Notes: generated by a model from the letters alone, not told the origin. Positions 15,487 through 26,007 are shown, counted from the first letter of the stretch. The stretch: 49,520 nucleotides of DNA from an uncultured Pseudobdellovibrionaceae bacterium (GCA_964653235.1 CAZZCP010000009.1:1-49520), one strand, 5' to 3'. Program-made: numbers and translations.

Positions 15487-17364
15487 ATGAGATATTTTAT
15501 AGTATTTCTAATTTTTACAAACATTTGCATGGCTCAATCAAGACCTACTGACTCTGCAAGATTGACAGACTCTCGTGGAAATTTAGTTTCTATCGATTTA
15601 CCCGGTAATGAAGAAATTAGGCTTTCTGCTGCAAGAAGAACTCACTACATCGAACGTTGCCAAAGAAAGAGAGAAAGACAAAATTGTGACATCCCTGCTC
15701 TGCGGAGCGCACCGATAGCTACTCGTGAGCCCAGTTGTAAGATTAACTCTTATGATCTTGCTCAAATCAAAGATCGATTCATATGCCAATCAGAAACATC
15801 TCTGTTAGCATGTTCTGGCGGAGCAATGGGTGCGATTCTAGCTGGCCGTAGGGCTGGAGCCAATCACCTTGATGATATTACTCGAAAAATTACGACCGAC
15901 GCCAATCGAGCCTTAGACTTTGCAGAGGACTATCATAATTCTTCACTCACCAAAAAACCAAAGGTAGATGATCGTGCTACTCTTCTTTCAACCTTAAAAA
16001 AAGAATACAAGGAAATTGCTTCTGCATTGCGTATGGAAGCTTATATGAATGACTTGATCAGTGAACATAATGAATTGCAAAGTGAATTAGGTCGCCTAAG
16101 AGAGGCCTATTCTGGAGGAAAGGCAATAGAAACACCTAGGGCTAATGATATTCAGAGAAAAACTGAACGCCTAAAACAACTCAAAGCACATCTTGAAAGA
16201 TATTATATTACCCCAAACAATCTCGATGGAAGCATAGATAGGGGCGCAATTGCAGATGCCCGAAAGAAACTAGATGCTTTTAAAATCTATTTTGAGGAAC
16301 TTAAGGAAAAGCCAATTTTAAGAAAACCAATTATTGATTTTGAATATAACCCCAGAACTAAAACCTATCGACTCTTTGATGTTAACAATCACAGATTCTC
16401 TGAACTGCCCGAGAATGCTAGAATCAAAGTTACTGAAAATGCCACAGCTACCCTTAAAAATGCCTTAGCTAGAGTTAAACGAGCAGGGGGCAATATCAAA
16501 GATGCTATAAAAAATCTCAACCCAGCCTTAAGAACAGCGATTCAAAGCTCTTTAAATCATGCAGATGATGCAAAACCTAAACCTGGGAAAGTGAAATCAA
16601 GATTTAAAGCTCCCCGTACTCCTCCAAGGGTTTCCGCTCGCCTAGTGGGAAGACAGGCCTCACAATTTCTTACCCGTGGTGTCGCATTGGGAGTTGGACT
16701 AAAAGTTTTAGGAACTGGACTCAGCTTAGTAAGCACTGAAAGTGCATATGCAGCCTGCAGCGTAGAGCCAATTGATACTTATATCAATTCACCCGACGGC
16801 TGTGGAAAGAAAGGCCCACTACAATTGAGTGATGGCGTTTTGGCTTTTTTAGATCTAGATCAACAAGAGCAAGATTATTTATTAGAGGATAACGCACAGG
16901 TATGTGCGTTTTATACCGAATTGTTAGAAACAACTGAAGTTACTGATCGATTTCAAAATCCTTCTTGCAATGGTAACAAAGCCTCTCTTGAAGTTCAAAA
17001 CTCGCAGGGTGAGTATGTGCCGGTAGAATTGAATATCAGAAACAGTGGTAGCGCTGATTGGAGCATTCAACGGATTGCTTTTTACCCTGGCAGAGCAGAA
17101 GAATTGAGCGAAGAGTATGATCAAGAATTCAATCAAACTAAAATTAAATTTCCAGATTTAAGCAATACTGGCTCAAGAAGTGAAGGAGAAAGAATAATGA
17201 GAACGATTGACAGATCTTCTCATATGATCTCTCGTCTTCGGATGTACGCACATGAGTTCGCTCAATGTTGTCAATCTTCAAACCAACAGAGCTGTCTTCA
17301 AGACTTTGGCTCATCTTCTCGTAGCAGAAGTGATCGATCAAAAAGACGTCGTGGTAGCAGATAA
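15487..17364 (+). CDS. secreted hypothetical protein with coiled-coil segments and an Arg/Ser-rich tail
   Basis: N-terminal signal peptide, a central heptad-like region, one hydrophobic segment (GVALGVGLKVLGTGLSLV), a Cys-containing C-terminal domain and a tail SSSRSRSDRSKRRRGSR. No family recognised. Confidence 0.6.
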   Translation: MRYFIVFLIFTNICMAQSRPTDSARLTDSRGNLVSIDLPGNEEIRLSAARRTHYIERCQRKRERQNCDIPALRSAPIATREPSCKINSYDLAQIKDRFICQSETSLLACSGGAMGAILAGRRAGANHLDDITRKITTDANRALDFAEDYHNSSLTKKPKVDDRATLLSTLKKEYKEIASALRMEAYMNDLISEHNELQSELGRLREAYSGGKAIETPRANDIQRKTERLKQLKAHLERYYITPNNLDGSIDRGAIADARKKLDAFKIYFEELKEKPILRKPIIDFEYNPRTKTYRLFDVNNHRFSELPENARIKVTENATATLKNALARVKRAGGNIKDAIKNLNPALRTAIQSSLNHADDAKPKPGKVKSRFKAPRTPPRVSARLVGRQASQFLTRGVALGVGLKVLGTGLSLVSTESAYAACSVEPIDTYINSPDGCGKKGPLQLSDGVLAFLDLDQQEQDYLLEDNAQVCAFYTELLETTEVTDRFQNPSCNGNKASLEVQNSQGEYVPVELNIRNSGSADWSIQRIAFYPGRAEELSEEYDQEFNQTKIKFPDLSNTGSRSEGERIMRTIDRSSHMISRLRMYAHEFAQCCQSSNQQSCLQDFGSSSRSRSDRSKRRRGSR

Positions 17365-17525
17365 AATATTATTTAGATTTTAAGTATTTCAAACTTGAAA
17401 GGATAAATATAAGACCACCACGATTCACATTGGATAACATCTCTAATCTTAGAAGTTAAAAATTAATTTTCATTCAATGTGAGAAAAAATATCAGCAAAA
17501 TATAAATAACGGCATTGAATCATCA

Positions 17526-18017
17526 TTAAAACAATTTCCAGCTAACACTCAAAAGTCCCGCATCAATAAAATTGGTGGTGGGTTCACCATTTGCTTCTGT
17601 GATATCGATGAAACGCACTTCTAAATTTAAAAAAATATCTGAAGCAATCTCACCACCCAGACCGAGCTTCATGCCTTTGCCAGTATATTCGGTTTCGTTG
17701 CCACCCGACTCAATCACAAGGCTGGAGGAGAGCAAATGGGTGTACCAAATGCGCCATTTATTAATAATTCCACCAATGGCAACTCCCATATTGGTTTGAG
17801 TCGAGGTTGGAGTATTGCCTAGTTGCAGGTCATGATAACCAACATCTGCAGCGACAAAGAACTTGCTACCCTCAATGCCAAGTTTTGCCGTAAGTCCGAT
17901 TCCCTGTAACTTGCTACTGCCAAAGTGACCTCGATTGTAGCCAATCCCTGTCTCCATCATAAAGGCATGTGCATTGAATGATATGAATATAATACTCAAT
18001 AGTAGAATTACTTTCAT
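17526..18017 (-). CDS. small outer-membrane beta-barrel protein
   Basis: Signal peptide, alternating hydrophobic pattern, Gly-rich turns and a C-terminal ...SWKLF aromatic terminus typical of OMPs. Confidence 0.6.
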   Translation of the reverse strand: MKVILLLSIIFISFNAHAFMMETGIGYNRGHFGSSKLQGIGLTAKLGIEGSKFFVAADVGYHDLQLGNTPTSTQTNMGVAIGGIINKWRIWYTHLLSSSLVIESGGNETEYTGKGMKLGLGGEIASDIFLNLEVRFIDITEANGEPTTNFIDAGLLSVSWKLF

Positions 18018-18155
18018 TTAATAAATATCGGTATTTCGTAAATACTTTTAAACTCGACCAAAGATCAAGTAATTACTAATAGATATTAAAATGGTTTTAA
18101 AATAAGTTTAAACATTAAAGTTCAATTGACTCTGAATAGTGATTTTCAGATTTTT

Positions 18156-18597
18156 TTAATGTCTTACATCGTCTTGCCAATACTTAGGTCTTCCATAATA
18201 ATCATAAAGTCGAACTTCAAACTCTTTATTTATCGGTTTTGTCTCATCAAATTTAGGAGCACTTTTTAAATCTTCTTTACTTAAATTAAACTCAAACCTT
18301 TGCAAAACCCAATCTATATTTTCAACCCAATCTATATTTTCAACCCAATCTATTGGAAGCAATACAGTATCACCTGCAAGAAAAAAACGATTTGTTTCTA
18401 CAACCAAATATAGAATTCTCCAAGTTTCATCATCAAAAATAAAATCTTTAACAGATCCAAATTAATCATGATCTGCATGTAGTTTGTAAGTTTTTACCTC
18501 ATTGAGAGATCTTAAATTCGTATCCACAGGAAAGACCTCACAAATCTCTCTATAATCACCACTGATTAACTCATAAGGATAAGACGAAAAGCCCCAT
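18156..18597 (-). pseudogene. PRC-barrel domain gene, disrupted
   Basis: The minus strand reads ..YKLHADHD*FGSVKDFIFDDETWRILYLVVETNRFFLAGDTVLLP...RLYDYYGRPKYW (PRC-barrel pattern). It has an in-frame TAA at 18462-18464, and the only ATG (18597) is out of frame by 1 nt. Confidence 0.6.
18308..18356. repeat. 18-bp tandem repeat (2.7 copies) inside the PRC-barrel pseudogene
   Basis: CCCAATCTATATTTTCAA x2 plus a partial third copy. In frame, giving IDWVEN-IDWVEN-IDWV. Confidence 0.9.
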
Positions 18598-18609
18598 ATA
18601 TATCGACCT

Positions 18610-20763
18610 TTATTTGCTAATGGTTTTTACTATTTTTTTAACGTCTTTTTCAGAAATAAATGCTCCCTGCACTCGTTCTAAAGATTTACCATTTGGCATA
18701 AAGAGCATATCGCCTTTTCCTAAAAGCTTTTCAGCACCAGCTGTATCTAAAATGGTCCGAGAATCAATACCAGATGAAACTTTAAAAGAGATGCGAGTTG
18801 GAAAATTGGTCTTAATCAAACCTGTTACAATCTCAGCACTCGGTCTTTGCGTTGCAATAACAAGATGAATTCCCGCAGCTCGGGCTTTTTGAGCAATGCG
18901 AGTAATAGGAATTTCAACTTCTTTACCTTGTGTGATCATCAAGTCAGCCAACTCATCAATCACGATCACGATATATGGCATGTGTTGCCACTTCCAATCA
19001 AGCTCTCTACGGATTCTACGCTCTGTAGTTTTCTTATTGCCCTCTTTAATGCTTTCATTGAAAGACTCAATGTTTCTAGCACCAATATCACTAAATTGTT
19101 GGTAGCGACGATCCATTTCTTGCTCGGCCCACACCAGGAGGTCTTTGGCCTCGACAACATCGGTAACTACTGGCTTTAAAAGATGTGGAATTCCATTGTA
19201 AGGACTCAACTCAATCATCTTTGGATCGACCATTAAAAATCGAAGCTCTTTTGGCGACTTATTAAAAAGTAAGGATGAAATCAAGGTATTGATAAATACC
19301 GACTTGCCAGAACCAGTGGTTCCTGAAACCAAAAGGTGCGGCATGCTTGCAATATCTGATATCACAGGTTGATTGTATACATCTTGGCCAAGTACAATCG
19401 GCAAGGCCATCTCTTTTCTTTTTTCGACTTCTTTTAAAAGAGATTCAAAAGCAACGGGTGAGCTTTGTTTGTTAGGAACCTCAATACCAACAGTCATTTT
19501 ACCAGGAATCGGCGCCAAAACTCGAATGGAACTTGCACCTAAGACAAGAGCCAAATCATTGGTGAGCCCAGTAATTTTAGAGAGTTTCATTCCAGGAGCT
19601 GGTTCAAACTCATACATAGTTAAGCTAGGTCCAATGTGTGCAGCTATGACTTTACCTTTAATTTGAAAGCTTTCCAAACGCTGTTCAAGTTCAGAACATT
19701 GTGTTTCAATTTGTTGTTGACTTGGAACTTTGGCTTTAGGTGTTTTAGATAAAAGATCAATATCAGGTTTAATATATTTTCCTATAAAAGACTCAACCTT
19801 GATTTCATCCTCTGTCTCTTCTTGCTTCTCGACCATTTTATCCGGATTCTCTAAATTTTGAATGCTTTGCTTTGTTCTCTGTGCTGCCTTTTCATTAACT
19901 TGTGACTTTTCTACTTTCTGCTGAAGCTCACCAATTTGATTTTCAAGCTTTGAAATCATATCCACTAGCTTTGTATCTTGTTCAATAGAAGCTTCGCGAT
20001 TGAATCTTACCCCATTCAAAGTAAATACATCTTTTTCATTAGAAGAAATTGAATCCATTTCTAAATTACTACCTTCAGCGACAGCAAAATCTATAAACTG
20101 ATAGTTAGAATCGAGATACAAAAGAAATTGATGATACTTCTTTTTTCCCCATCCGATGAGCTTTCGAATAACCTTATAAATACTATGTTTCACCGCTGTT
20201 AACAGTCTCAAAATTTGCTCTTGCAGAAATAAAGACCAGTCTACTAAATGAATAAATCCTGCAGCGATTCCTACAATAATGAGCATTGAACTGAGCAAAG
20301 CAAGAGAACCATAAATACCAAAATAATTATAAGCATTGCCACCTATTAATTGACCAAATATTCCCCCGCTGCCTTCTATCAGTTGCTTGTGAGGAGTAAA
20401 TTGATAAAAACTCTGAAGAACGCTTAAGAAGCTCGATAGGGTAATAACAAAAAACAAATGAAGAAAAGTTTGGCCTATAAGATTTTTAAATTCTTTAAGA
20501 ATTGCAGAAGGGCAGGTCATTCTAGGCAACAAATATCTACCAACAAGAAAGAATGCCAGGGCAAAGTAGATTACAGAATAACCAAAACTTGAAAACAAAA
20601 ATTCAAAGAAGGCAACACCCCAAACGCCAGACATTTGAGCTAGCTCTTGCGCCTCAAAGAATAGGTAAAATCCAGACCCGGCAAGCATTGAGATAGAGGT
20701 CACCAAAGTGAGCCATAGGCAAACTTCTTGAGTAGAACTTTCGATGTCTCGAATCGGTAACAT
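18610..20763 (-). CDS. ftsK: DNA translocase FtsK/SpoIIIE
   Basis: N-terminal multi-TM region, a low-complexity linker, then the motor domain with Walker A VSGTTGSGKSVFINT, Walker B IVIVIDELADLM, and RAAGIHLVIATQRPS. Confidence 0.92.
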   Translation of the reverse strand: MLPIRDIESSTQEVCLWLTLVTSISMLAGSGFYLFFEAQELAQMSGVWGVAFFEFLFSSFGYSVIYFALAFFLVGRYLLPRMTCPSAILKEFKNLIGQTFLHLFFVITLSSFLSVLQSFYQFTPHKQLIEGSGGIFGQLIGGNAYNYFGIYGSLALLSSMLIIVGIAAGFIHLVDWSLFLQEQILRLLTAVKHSIYKVIRKLIGWGKKKYHQFLLYLDSNYQFIDFAVAEGSNLEMDSISSNEKDVFTLNGVRFNREASIEQDTKLVDMISKLENQIGELQQKVEKSQVNEKAAQRTKQSIQNLENPDKMVEKQEETEDEIKVESFIGKYIKPDIDLLSKTPKAKVPSQQQIETQCSELEQRLESFQIKGKVIAAHIGPSLTMYEFEPAPGMKLSKITGLTNDLALVLGASSIRVLAPIPGKMTVGIEVPNKQSSPVAFESLLKEVEKRKEMALPIVLGQDVYNQPVISDIASMPHLLVSGTTGSGKSVFINTLISSLLFNKSPKELRFLMVDPKMIELSPYNGIPHLLKPVVTDVVEAKDLLVWAEQEMDRRYQQFSDIGARNIESFNESIKEGNKKTTERRIRRELDWKWQHMPYIVIVIDELADLMITQGKEVEIPITRIAQKARAAGIHLVIATQRPSAEIVTGLIKTNFPTRISFKVSSGIDSRTILDTAGAEKLLGKGDMLFMPNGKSLERVQGAFISEKDVKKIVKTISK

Positions 20764-21098
20764 GAGGTATCCTTTTTAATTTCAGGCTTAATACTGCGAA
20801 ACTGATGCCATCCCAAGTTCAATCTAAGCTGCATTCTTCTGAATAAAATTTAAACACTGACAAAAAATGTCGGTCTAGGTCTAAAATGGAAATACGAGTC
20901 TGTATTCACTGCCAGAATCGAAATGAAAGAGTCACTTACAAAGCAAGTGATCATCCATATAAGAGACATAATTACTGTAATTATTCTGCTCCCAATACAT
21001 CAGAGATAATCTGATACGAAATTGGAATCTTTTCTCGTAGGCACTTATATGCCAATAAATAACTTCATAAATATACTAAGATCTGTTACATCCTGAAT

Positions 21099-21590
21099 AT
21101 GAAATACATTTTTTTATTTATTGGTTTTTTGTCTCTAGCTGAAGAACTTCGTTTTGAGTTTCAAGAACACTATACAAAGGCAAATTATGTTGTCGAGACA
21201 AGTGCTTTTAATGCTATAAACTCGAAATTAAAATTGAATGTAATAGCATTAAAATCGAATCAAGATACTCAACGATGGACAGGAAGCTTCAGCTTAGAAC
21301 TTAATGGCAAAATACAAAATCTAGGCAACCAAGGAATCCCTTCATTTCTCAAAGAACTTGGAGTTCAATATTACGCTGGTTTTTCGAGTATATACCCTTT
21401 AGATGCCAGTAATCGCTGGAACCAAATTCATTTTTATGATTCAGAAAAAACAAAGATTCTTGCCGGGCTCTATTCAACTCAAAAAGAAAAGGGATCTCAA
21501 TTTGAGTTAAAGATGAAAACAGTTGACGAAGACGTTAGTAAAAACACCTATCCCAATGTTTTCGTATTTAATACTTGCAAGAAACAATAG
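21099..21590 (+). CDS. hypothetical secreted protein
   Basis: ORF with an N-terminal signal-like segment MKYIFLFIGFLSLA. No motif recognised. Confidence 0.45.
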   Translation: MKYIFLFIGFLSLAEELRFEFQEHYTKANYVVETSAFNAINSKLKLNVIALKSNQDTQRWTGSFSLELNGKIQNLGNQGIPSFLKELGVQYYAGFSSIYPLDASNRWNQIHFYDSEKTKILAGLYSTQKEKGSQFELKMKTVDEDVSKNTYPNVFVFNTCKKQ

Positions 21591-21691
21591 TAAGCTTTTG
21601 ACTGTATATTTTAGTCGTTTATTTTATAAAAATAGAAGCTCTTTATGAATCAAGAGCTCTTCACTAAATACATTAATGGATAGAGGTTTTT

Positions 21692-22691
21692 TTGAGACTG
21701 CTGCTGTTACCCTTTTCATTTCTATACATCTTAGCCATTAGCTTTCGCAACTTACTCTACAATTTAGGGGCTTTAAAAACTCACAAGGTGAACGTTCCAG
21801 TTTTAAGTGTGGGAAATCTCACAGTCGGAGGAACTGGAAAAACTCCTTTTGTCATGCATATAATTCAATTCTTATTAGAAAAACAGAAAAAAATTGCCGT
21901 ACTATATCACTCCTCTATTCAAAAAGACAAGCAAGTGGGAGAAGGTGAGCTCTCTTGATACTGTAAAATATGGAGATGAAGCTTGTCTGATCTTTTCAAA
22001 ATTTTCTCAAGTCGATATATTTGTAGGACTCGATTTAGTGATGATTGCTAAAGAGATTCAAAACCTGAAAAGCTATGACTTAATCATTCTTGATGATGCT
22101 TTTCAACACAGAAGTCTTCATCGAAACATGGACATTGTCTTGCTCGATGCAAGCGCACCTTTATGGCACTACTATCCACTACCAGTTGGCAAAGCTCGTG
22201 AATTGGTCTTTTCATTATCTCGAGCTAATTGGATTGTGAAAACAAAAACCAAAGAAATTGCCAGTGTTAATAGTAAAGTTTTACATTTTCACTATGATTT
22301 GATTTACTATTATTCACTTCAACAGCCAGAAAAGATGCAAGAAATAAAACTCTTTATAGATAAGGAGATCATTCTTCTCACATCCCTGTCTCGACCAGAA
22401 GTCTTTGTTGAACAAATGAAAGAGCTAAATTTTAAAATAAAAAATCATTTTAATTATGAATCGAGTTACCAATTTACTGAAAAAGACTTAAACCTTATCC
22501 TTGAAGAAAGCAAATCGACTCCTATATTTTGTACTGAAAAAGATGCTGTAAAACTCAAAGCCTTGTCTAATATTCCTGAGAATATTTACTCTGTCTTTTT
22601 AACGACAGATCTAACTGGACCCGTAGATCAATTTTTTTCAGAAGTATTTTCACTTAGATTAAAGAGTTTTTTAGAACCATTACTAAAATGA
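21692..22691 (+). pseudogene. lpxK: tetraacyldisaccharide 4'-kinase LpxK, split into two overlapping frames
   Basis: ORF 21692..21958 carries the P-loop SVGNLTVGGTGKTP. ORF 21894..22691 (+1 frame) carries GDEACLI, ILDDAFQHRSL and YPLPVGKARE. The frames must switch within 21895-21958, and an A7 run sits at about 21888-21894. Confidence 0.75.
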
Positions 22692-22705
22692 GTAGAATTA
22701 ATAGA

Positions 22706-23149
22706 CTAAACTGATTGGCAACAATCTTTACAAAGCCCAAAAAATTCGAGTTTGTGACTGATTTCGGAGTAGCCCATTTTTGCAACTGCAGCTTCAAGGG
22801 GCTTTAATTGACAAACATCAAGAGCATCTACTTTCTTACACTTTCTGCAAATCACATGGTGATGGTGCTCTTGGCTTGAACCATGATATTCATAGCGTAG
22901 ACCACCCTCGGCAAAGTCGATGGTCTGCAACAGCTTCATTTGCTCAAAGGTTGCTAAACTACGATAGATCGTAGAAAGATCAATCTGGGTCACATCAAAT
23001 ATCTCTTCAGCTGAAAATGGACTTTTAAAACTAAGAATCGCTTGAATCAGTTTTTTTCTCTGCTCTGTAATTCGATTGCCATTTTCACTCAAAGTAGAAA
23101 GAAAAAACTCATATTCTGTATGGCGATCAAAATCATGACAATGCTTCAT
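22706..23149 (-). CDS. Fur-family metalloregulator (Fur/Zur/PerR type not resolved)
   Basis: RITEQRKKLIQAIL...EEIF...STIYRSLATFEQMKLL (wHTH), then HHHHVICRKCKKV...CKDCC metal sites. ATG 23149 was chosen because the longer ORF overlaps the receptor gene, whose stop is 7 nt upstream. Confidence 0.8.
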   Translation of the reverse strand: MKHCHDFDRHTEYEFFLSTLSENGNRITEQRKKLIQAILSFKSPFSAEEIFDVTQIDLSTIYRSLATFEQMKLLQTIDFAEGGLRYEYHGSSQEHHHHVICRKCKKVDALDVCQLKPLEAAVAKMGYSEISHKLEFFGLCKDCCQSV

Positions 23150-23156
23150 AAACCCT

Positions 23157-25271
23157 CTATATTTCTGCCTGAAAAGATAAAAAATATTCTCTCCCTCGAT
23201 TGGGCCCCCATGTGTGAAGGCCATCATAGTGTGCATGGTCAAAGTGCCAATGCCACATCGAAGGGCTATCCCCATATTTCACTTGTATTTCGTTAAGCAA
23301 ATTGGAAATTCCAAAAGTGAAAGTATAGTTTTCTGCTACAAGGTAGCTGATTGAAGTATCTAATATATAAAAACTCGGAGCTTTTTGATCTTTGACTTCA
23401 TCACCCCTTCTCTCTGGGGGAGGAAACTGTTTGCGATCAACAAGATGGTCAGGGTATCGACCGTAGCGGGCAAGATCGCGGGATCCAACAATACGAGCTG
23501 CAAAATTATGCGTCCAATTTCCAGTCTTGTAATTCGATTGCAACTGGTAGCGTCTTTCAATTGCTGCCGTGGGAAGCTTTTTGGTATATCCATCTTGGTA
23601 GCGAAAAAACTCAACACTCGCCTCTAACATCCAATTAGGACTGATTTGGTAGCCTAAGAGTAAGTCATGAGCCCAAATTTCATAATCTTCATTTGTATTG
23701 CGATAAAAAATGGGTTGTCCTTGTGACTCAAAACCAAAAGCCATATTCTGTAAATAAACATAGTGATTGCCAAAAGTAATGTAGTACTCAGGGTTATTGT
23801 AACTCAATGAATACACTGCTGAATGGGCTTTTTCAAGATCAGTGATATCAATCACATAACCACTTTCTTGGTTGCCGTGTTGAGACTCAAAAAAAGTAAG
23901 AGGAGCCCGGTAGCCTAAACCGTAAGAAAATCTCTGAGATAGATGATCCGTAAAATCTTGCCGCAGCTGAAGACGTGGTGCTGGTACAAACTCATTGATC
24001 TCATTGCTAAGATCGAGCCAGTTGATATAGACTTGATCGAGCCGAAGGGCAAAATCAATTTCTACTTTCTCAGATAGCATATAGGTATATTGAGCATAGA
24101 TCGCATTTGAATTGTGATTGAAGTCATCTTTCGGCAAGGCGAGCTGACCAAAGAGGACATCTGATTGAGAGCGCAAAAATTGCGACTTATGAAAAAGCCC
24201 CACTGTAAAAAAATGTGAGTCACCAAGATAGGTTTCATAGCTAAAATCTGAAACCAAAAGATTGTCATTGTGGGCGTAATCAAAGCCGTGCTGGTAGATC
24301 GCATCTTGGGCTTGGTGAGCATAACCCGTATTCCAGTTCAGGGTGCTCTTTTGACTTAAAAAATGGGTCCAATGTGCAGCTGCCTCGTATCTTTGAAGTG
24401 AAATCCAATCGGTGATTTTAAGCGGATCTCCGATAAAGTCTTTTTCTACATTACCGTCCACAAAGTCGGTTTCTAATGCAGAGATCTCTCTAACTCCATC
24501 TGGTTTTCTAGGATTTTCTGGTCCACCCAATATGGTGAGATCAGATACCCCTAAGCGAAAGCGAAGATCATTCTTGGCATTGGGTAAATAACGAGCCTTG
24601 AAAAGACCACTGATATTGTCTCTCTCTGGAGACTCGGCCACTCCATTTTCATCTTCATCCCATGTGTTTTGCTCGGTGTATTGAGCGCCAAAACTGAGTC
24701 CAAAATTCTTTTCGTTATTTGCTGTACTCACCAAAAAAGAATGATTGTTGGCAGTGCCATTACCGAAATCATCGATGCTCAAAGATGTTGAATAGATTTG
24801 CTTTTTGATCAAAGGATCGACTGTTAAGAGATCAAGGCTTCCACCAATTGCCTCGGGATTGCTAAGTGAAGCACCCGTACCACGCATCACTGCGATATCT
24901 TCAATGCCATTCACAGGAATGCTATCGACTCCATAAAAACTAGAAATGGCTGAATGCAGAGGTAGGCCATCGACTAGTATTGAAGTATGCTCGCCTTTCA
25001 AACCATTGATCGTTAAGCGCTTGGCTCCACAATTGGCACAATAGGTTTGTGCTTCAACACCCACCTGGTCTTTGACCAATTCAGACAATGTCTGTCTTTG
25101 TGCTTGTTTGAATTTTTCTTTCGATACCTTCTCTACTTTATAGGTCGAGTATTCTTCAATTGGTGATTTAAGTTGAGATTCGGTATCAATCAGAACCGTA
25201 GGGACCATTTCATCTGCTAAAGCAAGAGAGCAATTGAGTAAAAAAAGGCAGATGAAATAGTTCTTAAACAT
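23157..25271 (-). CDS. TonB-dependent outer-membrane receptor
   Basis: Signal peptide. Plug region YCANCGAKRLTINGLKGEHTSILVDGLPLH...AVMRGTGASL, then a ~550-aa barrel with alternating pattern. The C-terminus ...SFQAEI is not aromatic, which is slightly atypical. Confidence 0.85.
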   Translation of the reverse strand: MFKNYFICLFLLNCSLALADEMVPTVLIDTESQLKSPIEEYSTYKVEKVSKEKFKQAQRQTLSELVKDQVGVEAQTYCANCGAKRLTINGLKGEHTSILVDGLPLHSAISSFYGVDSIPVNGIEDIAVMRGTGASLSNPEAIGGSLDLLTVDPLIKKQIYSTSLSIDDFGNGTANNHSFLVSTANNEKNFGLSFGAQYTEQNTWDEDENGVAESPERDNISGLFKARYLPNAKNDLRFRLGVSDLTILGGPENPRKPDGVREISALETDFVDGNVEKDFIGDPLKITDWISLQRYEAAAHWTHFLSQKSTLNWNTGYAHQAQDAIYQHGFDYAHNDNLLVSDFSYETYLGDSHFFTVGLFHKSQFLRSQSDVLFGQLALPKDDFNHNSNAIYAQYTYMLSEKVEIDFALRLDQVYINWLDLSNEINEFVPAPRLQLRQDFTDHLSQRFSYGLGYRAPLTFFESQHGNQESGYVIDITDLEKAHSAVYSLSYNNPEYYITFGNHYVYLQNMAFGFESQGQPIFYRNTNEDYEIWAHDLLLGYQISPNWMLEASVEFFRYQDGYTKKLPTAAIERRYQLQSNYKTGNWTHNFAARIVGSRDLARYGRYPDHLVDRKQFPPPERRGDEVKDQKAPSFYILDTSISYLVAENYTFTFGISNLLNEIQVKYGDSPSMWHWHFDHAHYDGLHTWGPNRGREYFLSFQAEI

Positions 25272-25273
25272 TT

Positions 25274-25969
25274 TTAGTCGTGATCGTGGTCTTCACCAAT
25301 AAGAAAACTGCTTTCAACAACTTCTTGAGTTTGAAATTGATCGCACTCTAAATCGTGCCCATGGTTGCCATGTATCGTACGAAGCACCATATAAATAGCT
25401 TGATCCAATACTCCCGCTTCAGTCGTTAATGTACTCTCACCATGAAGAACTTTATGCAGACTCTCTTCGAAATCCTCTGAATCTGTAGAATTAAAATCAA
25501 TGCGAATGAACTGCTCTAGATTTCCTGTTTGCTCATAAACTGTTAAATCATTCGGGTTCGCTTCGCCCTCTGATTCCTCTAAGTCGATCGAAACCAAAGA
25601 GAGATTTGTATTGGGTTGATTGCTGTCTGCCGCAAAATACTGGTTTCTTCTTTCGTTAAACATGAAAAAATAAGCTTCTTCGACACTAGGGCTATGTCCA
25701 TCAGCAAACGGATAGTCTACTTTTATCAGGAGCTCATGCTCAGCGCCATGTTCTTCACCTTCTTCGTGAGTATGCTCTTCTTCGTATTCGGCAATATAGA
25801 AACTACAAGAATTTCCATCACCATCTTTTCCAGTGTATTTTAAGGCATTTAGAATTACTTCTTGGCCTCTAGGACCATCATTAGGCCTTGGATTGGAATC
25901 ACTTTGACTACAAGCAGAAAAGTAGAGCATTGAGGATAAGACTAAAAAAAACTTCATCAAGACATTCAT
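25274..25969 (-). CDS. His/Glu-rich lipoprotein, first gene of the receptor operon
   Basis: Lipobox YFSACSQ. Metal-binding-looking clusters EEEHTHEEGEEHGAEHE, HGNHGHD and a C-terminal EDHDHD. Confidence 0.7.
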   Translation of the reverse strand: MNVLMKFFLVLSSMLYFSACSQSDSNPRPNDGPRGQEVILNALKYTGKDGDGNSCSFYIAEYEEEHTHEEGEEHGAEHELLIKVDYPFADGHSPSVEEAYFFMFNERRNQYFAADSNQPNTNLSLVSIDLEESEGEANPNDLTVYEQTGNLEQFIRIDFNSTDSEDFEESLHKVLHGESTLTTEAGVLDQAIYMVLRTIHGNHGHDLECDQFQTQEVVESSFLIGEDHDHD

Positions 25970-25988
25970 TTTGACTCCCTTACTTATT

Positions 25989-26007
25989 GCGAATGATTTG
26001 CATTAAG
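25989..26007. promoter_or_regulatory. candidate Fur-family box in the divergent intergenic region
   Basis: GCGAATGATTTGCATTAAG matches the 19-bp Fur consensus GATAATGATAATCATTATC at 12/19 by eye, with an AATG..CATT inverted core. It lies between the lipoprotein and TonB starts. Confidence 0.4.

Noticed and set aside
20886-21014. 42-codon ORF with one CxxC (MEIRVCIHCQNRNERV...) in the ftsK upstream intergenic region
   Set aside because: It has a single CxxC, no SD and no second metal-binding pair. Sequence alone cannot distinguish it from chance.
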